Source of the DNA: Adineta vaga | Taxonomy: Eukaryota; Animalia; Rotifera | NCBI GenBank assembly: GCA_021613535.1 | Contig: CP075494.1 | Coordinates: 16,802,001-16,866,000 of the forward strand | Direction of reading: 5' to 3' | DNA length: 64,000 nt | Part shown: piece by piece, positions 61,610 through 64,000 of the stretch | How the letters are laid out: each line of letters starts with the position of its first letter | How positions within the stretch are numbered: position 1 is the first letter of the stretch | Translations under genes and position numbers: made by a program | The notes under the pieces: model-generated | Told to the model about the DNA's origin: nothing | Databases searched by the model: none | The model's input: only the letters and a program-made list of their open reading frames with translations

Positions 61610-63308
61610 TCACAGTTTGGTAAATTTTTGAACACGTTTGTTATCTTTGTCACAAACATACATATTCATTTCTGAATCGAATGCCATCCCACTTGGCCAG
61701 GCTAAATGCATTGCACTACTACCAGAAACACCATTCCCAGCCACTGTCACACCTACTTTACTATTTTTACAAAACATTTGAACTCGATGATTTCCCTGAT
61801 CAACAATGTACATATTCTGAAAACTATCCATTTTTATGACAGCCGGCATATGTAAACAAGAGGAATTATGACATTGCATAAATGGTATACCTGCTACGTA
61901 AGTACCCGATGAAGCACCAGGAGTCCAACGTATTACTGAAGATGCATGACGATTTACTATGAATAAATCATTATTTGTAGATGATAAATAAATGCTCGAT
62001 GGTTCCTGCAGAAATTCGTTTGTGTTACCAAATACTCCTTTTCCAGCTACAATAACTCCATCAGTACGTGAAGTTGAATCCGTTGGAAAGCGTAGGACTC
62101 GATGATTATTAGAATCAGCAACATACATGAATGTCTCTGTTGAATCAAAGGCAAAACCTTGAGGAAAATTTAACTGATTTAGTTTATTTCCAGATTCAGT
62201 GAATGAAGTTCCACCTGCGATAGTGATTGCATGTATTGCTTCATTCATAAACTGTACGATACGACTATTGCCAGTATCAGCTACATACAGATTTTCATAT
62301 CTATCAACATAAACATCTGCAGGAGAGATTAGTTTGTTACTACCATGAGACCCAGCTACAATTATGTTATGCATGCCATCTTTTAATTTCTTCCATACAG
62401 AAGACTCGAAGCTGTCAGCGCCATACAGAGTATCGTCAGAATCAATGAATAGACCTGCACATGATAATTGTGATGAAGGGAGCAGAGTAATCCCTGTTAT
62501 ATTCCAATGTGGACTGTTGGGTGCACCTAATATAAAATTAAATAATGATGTAATAACATATTCTTTATTCTCCTATGCTGCAACATCGGCATCAAGATAT
62601 GAATACAATAAAACCTGGATACGACACTGACGCATATGTCAATACATTGCAAAATTGCAGATAAAGTTTTGTAACTATTTTGTCTTTTATATTACACAAA
62701 TCAAATAACATTCTTAAAACTTTTGTTATCTTAAAATCGATTGGATATTGATCAATAAACATTCAAATGATATTACATCGAGGGGTAAGTGGATAGTGGC
62801 GGCGCCACGGGTGGGCTAGAGTGGGCTGAGCCCACCCTGGAATCATTTGAGCCCACCCTGATTTAAAAAACTTTTGCAAAAAACTGATTTTTATATTACA
62901 AAAAGGCACGACTTCTATAGTTGAGCCCACCCTGAGTGGAAATTCTGGCGCCATCGCTATAAGTGGAGCGTGTTTATACTCACATGGATCTATTATTTTC
63001 TTTGTCGATGTTGTTTCTGTTGTTTTTCTTATTGTTGTATCAATTGCATGCTTATCGTTTTCCATTGTCATGATTATTGCCGATGTTCTTTCTGTTATAC
63101 CCGTTGCATCCTTATCATTTTCCGTTATGATTATTGTCGATGTTGTTTCCATCACCGTCTCATTCGTTGTTTTGTTGTTGTTTCTTTTATTTGTTACAAT
63201 TATGATTATTGAAATGATGATCACTACAATTAGTGATATGAAAACTGAAATGAACCATTTTTTTCGACTACGTCGACACCTATAAAACGAGCAACACTCT
63301 TCATTCAT
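61610..63308 (-). CDS. Type II membrane protein with a Thr-rich stalk and NHL-repeat beta-propeller, ~413 aa, 2 exons (63308-62984, 62526-61610)
   Basis: N-terminal basic segment + TM; in-frame phase-1 intron GTGAGT..ATTAG; repeated P..D..N.YVAD..NHRV NHL units. Confidence 0.88.
62794..62959. mobile_element. hAT-type MITE in the NHL gene intron
   Basis: TIRs TAGTGGCGGCGCCA / TGGCGCCATCGCTA (11/14). Perfect 8-bp TSD TAAGTGGA. Internal GAGCCCACCCTG repeats. Confidence 0.88.
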
Positions 63309-64000
63309 TTCTTACATTTGAAAATATACATACCATGCTCTTGTTTCAACTAGTACTGTTTCAGTTGATTCATGCATTTCAAATGAAGTCTAAAAAAACA
63401 AGCCATACATACAACAATTTTTTTCTCTTCATTAAAATGATTCAGAATTACTGTATTTTCATTGATCGATGTTGCTTCATTTAACTTTGACATTTTGTAA
63501 ATCAGTTTACAATATAAGATCTAGAAGAATAAAGTAAAGAGACAAAATAAAACAACATTTTGACTTCACTTATATGAAAAATATCTTCTTCAAATAACAA
63601 CTGCACACTAACTATAAAAAATGAATAATAATAAATGGATATATTCTGAAAGCTCTATAGCAGTATTTGACTAAAGCTTTGTTATCTACATAAATATGTA
63701 TATTAGAGCTAACGAGGAAGTTTGGTAAATATTGAAGTCATGCAAACTTCATCTGTTGTTCGTAAAGTGCACAAAAAACGTAGGATATCTCAGCGCCAGA
63801 TTCGACTTTTTCTTGGGCCGATGCACACGAGTGCACGTTCTAACTTTGATCACATTGGTTCCAAGTAGAACTCGATGAGCTCTATCGATTTCACATTTTA
63901 GTTTTTAGTTTTGAACTATTTCTTGTAAAAGAACCATTTTATCGACATTAATGAGCACTGATAGAAAATCATAGATTGGCTAAAACATTTTAGCTAATAA

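Overview
AT-rich eukaryotic genomic DNA with GT-AG introns, the smallest about 50-80 nt. Gene content (FG-GAP, NHL, HEAT, PAN/apple, intronless rhodopsin-like GPCR, F-box and kelch fragments), the transposon spectrum and TGTGGG/TGAGGG telomere-like motifs suggest a bdelloid rotifer; this is inference, not proof. Likely intact genes: a NEURL4-type ADP-ribosyltransferase ORF abutting a HEAT-repeat ORF (possibly one spliced gene), a secreted Cys protein, a class A GPCR, a secreted PAN+FG-GAP protein and a type II membrane NHL protein. The largest is an 11-exon, ~1786-aa gene (35103-52417) that the ORF track shows only as fragments. It encodes three tandem TM/Cys-rich ectodomain/TM modules, a seventh TM and an FG-GAP propeller. 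Mobile DNA is abundant: a full-length Jockey-like LINE with TSD, a dead RTE, mariner, Tc1, hAT and piggyBac-type MITEs, and Helitron/Helentron-like elements. Main leads: (1) a dispersed ~60-bp head-to-head telomere-repeat palindrome that repeatedly abuts broken gene fragments; (2) the single-chain three-module 2-TM protein, whose topology resembles a concatenated ENaC/P2X-type trimer; (3) the ART-HEAT fusion; (4) an intron nearly coextensive with a transposon; (5) apparent gene conversion between inverted repeats. All calls come from reading the sequence by eye; no searches were run.
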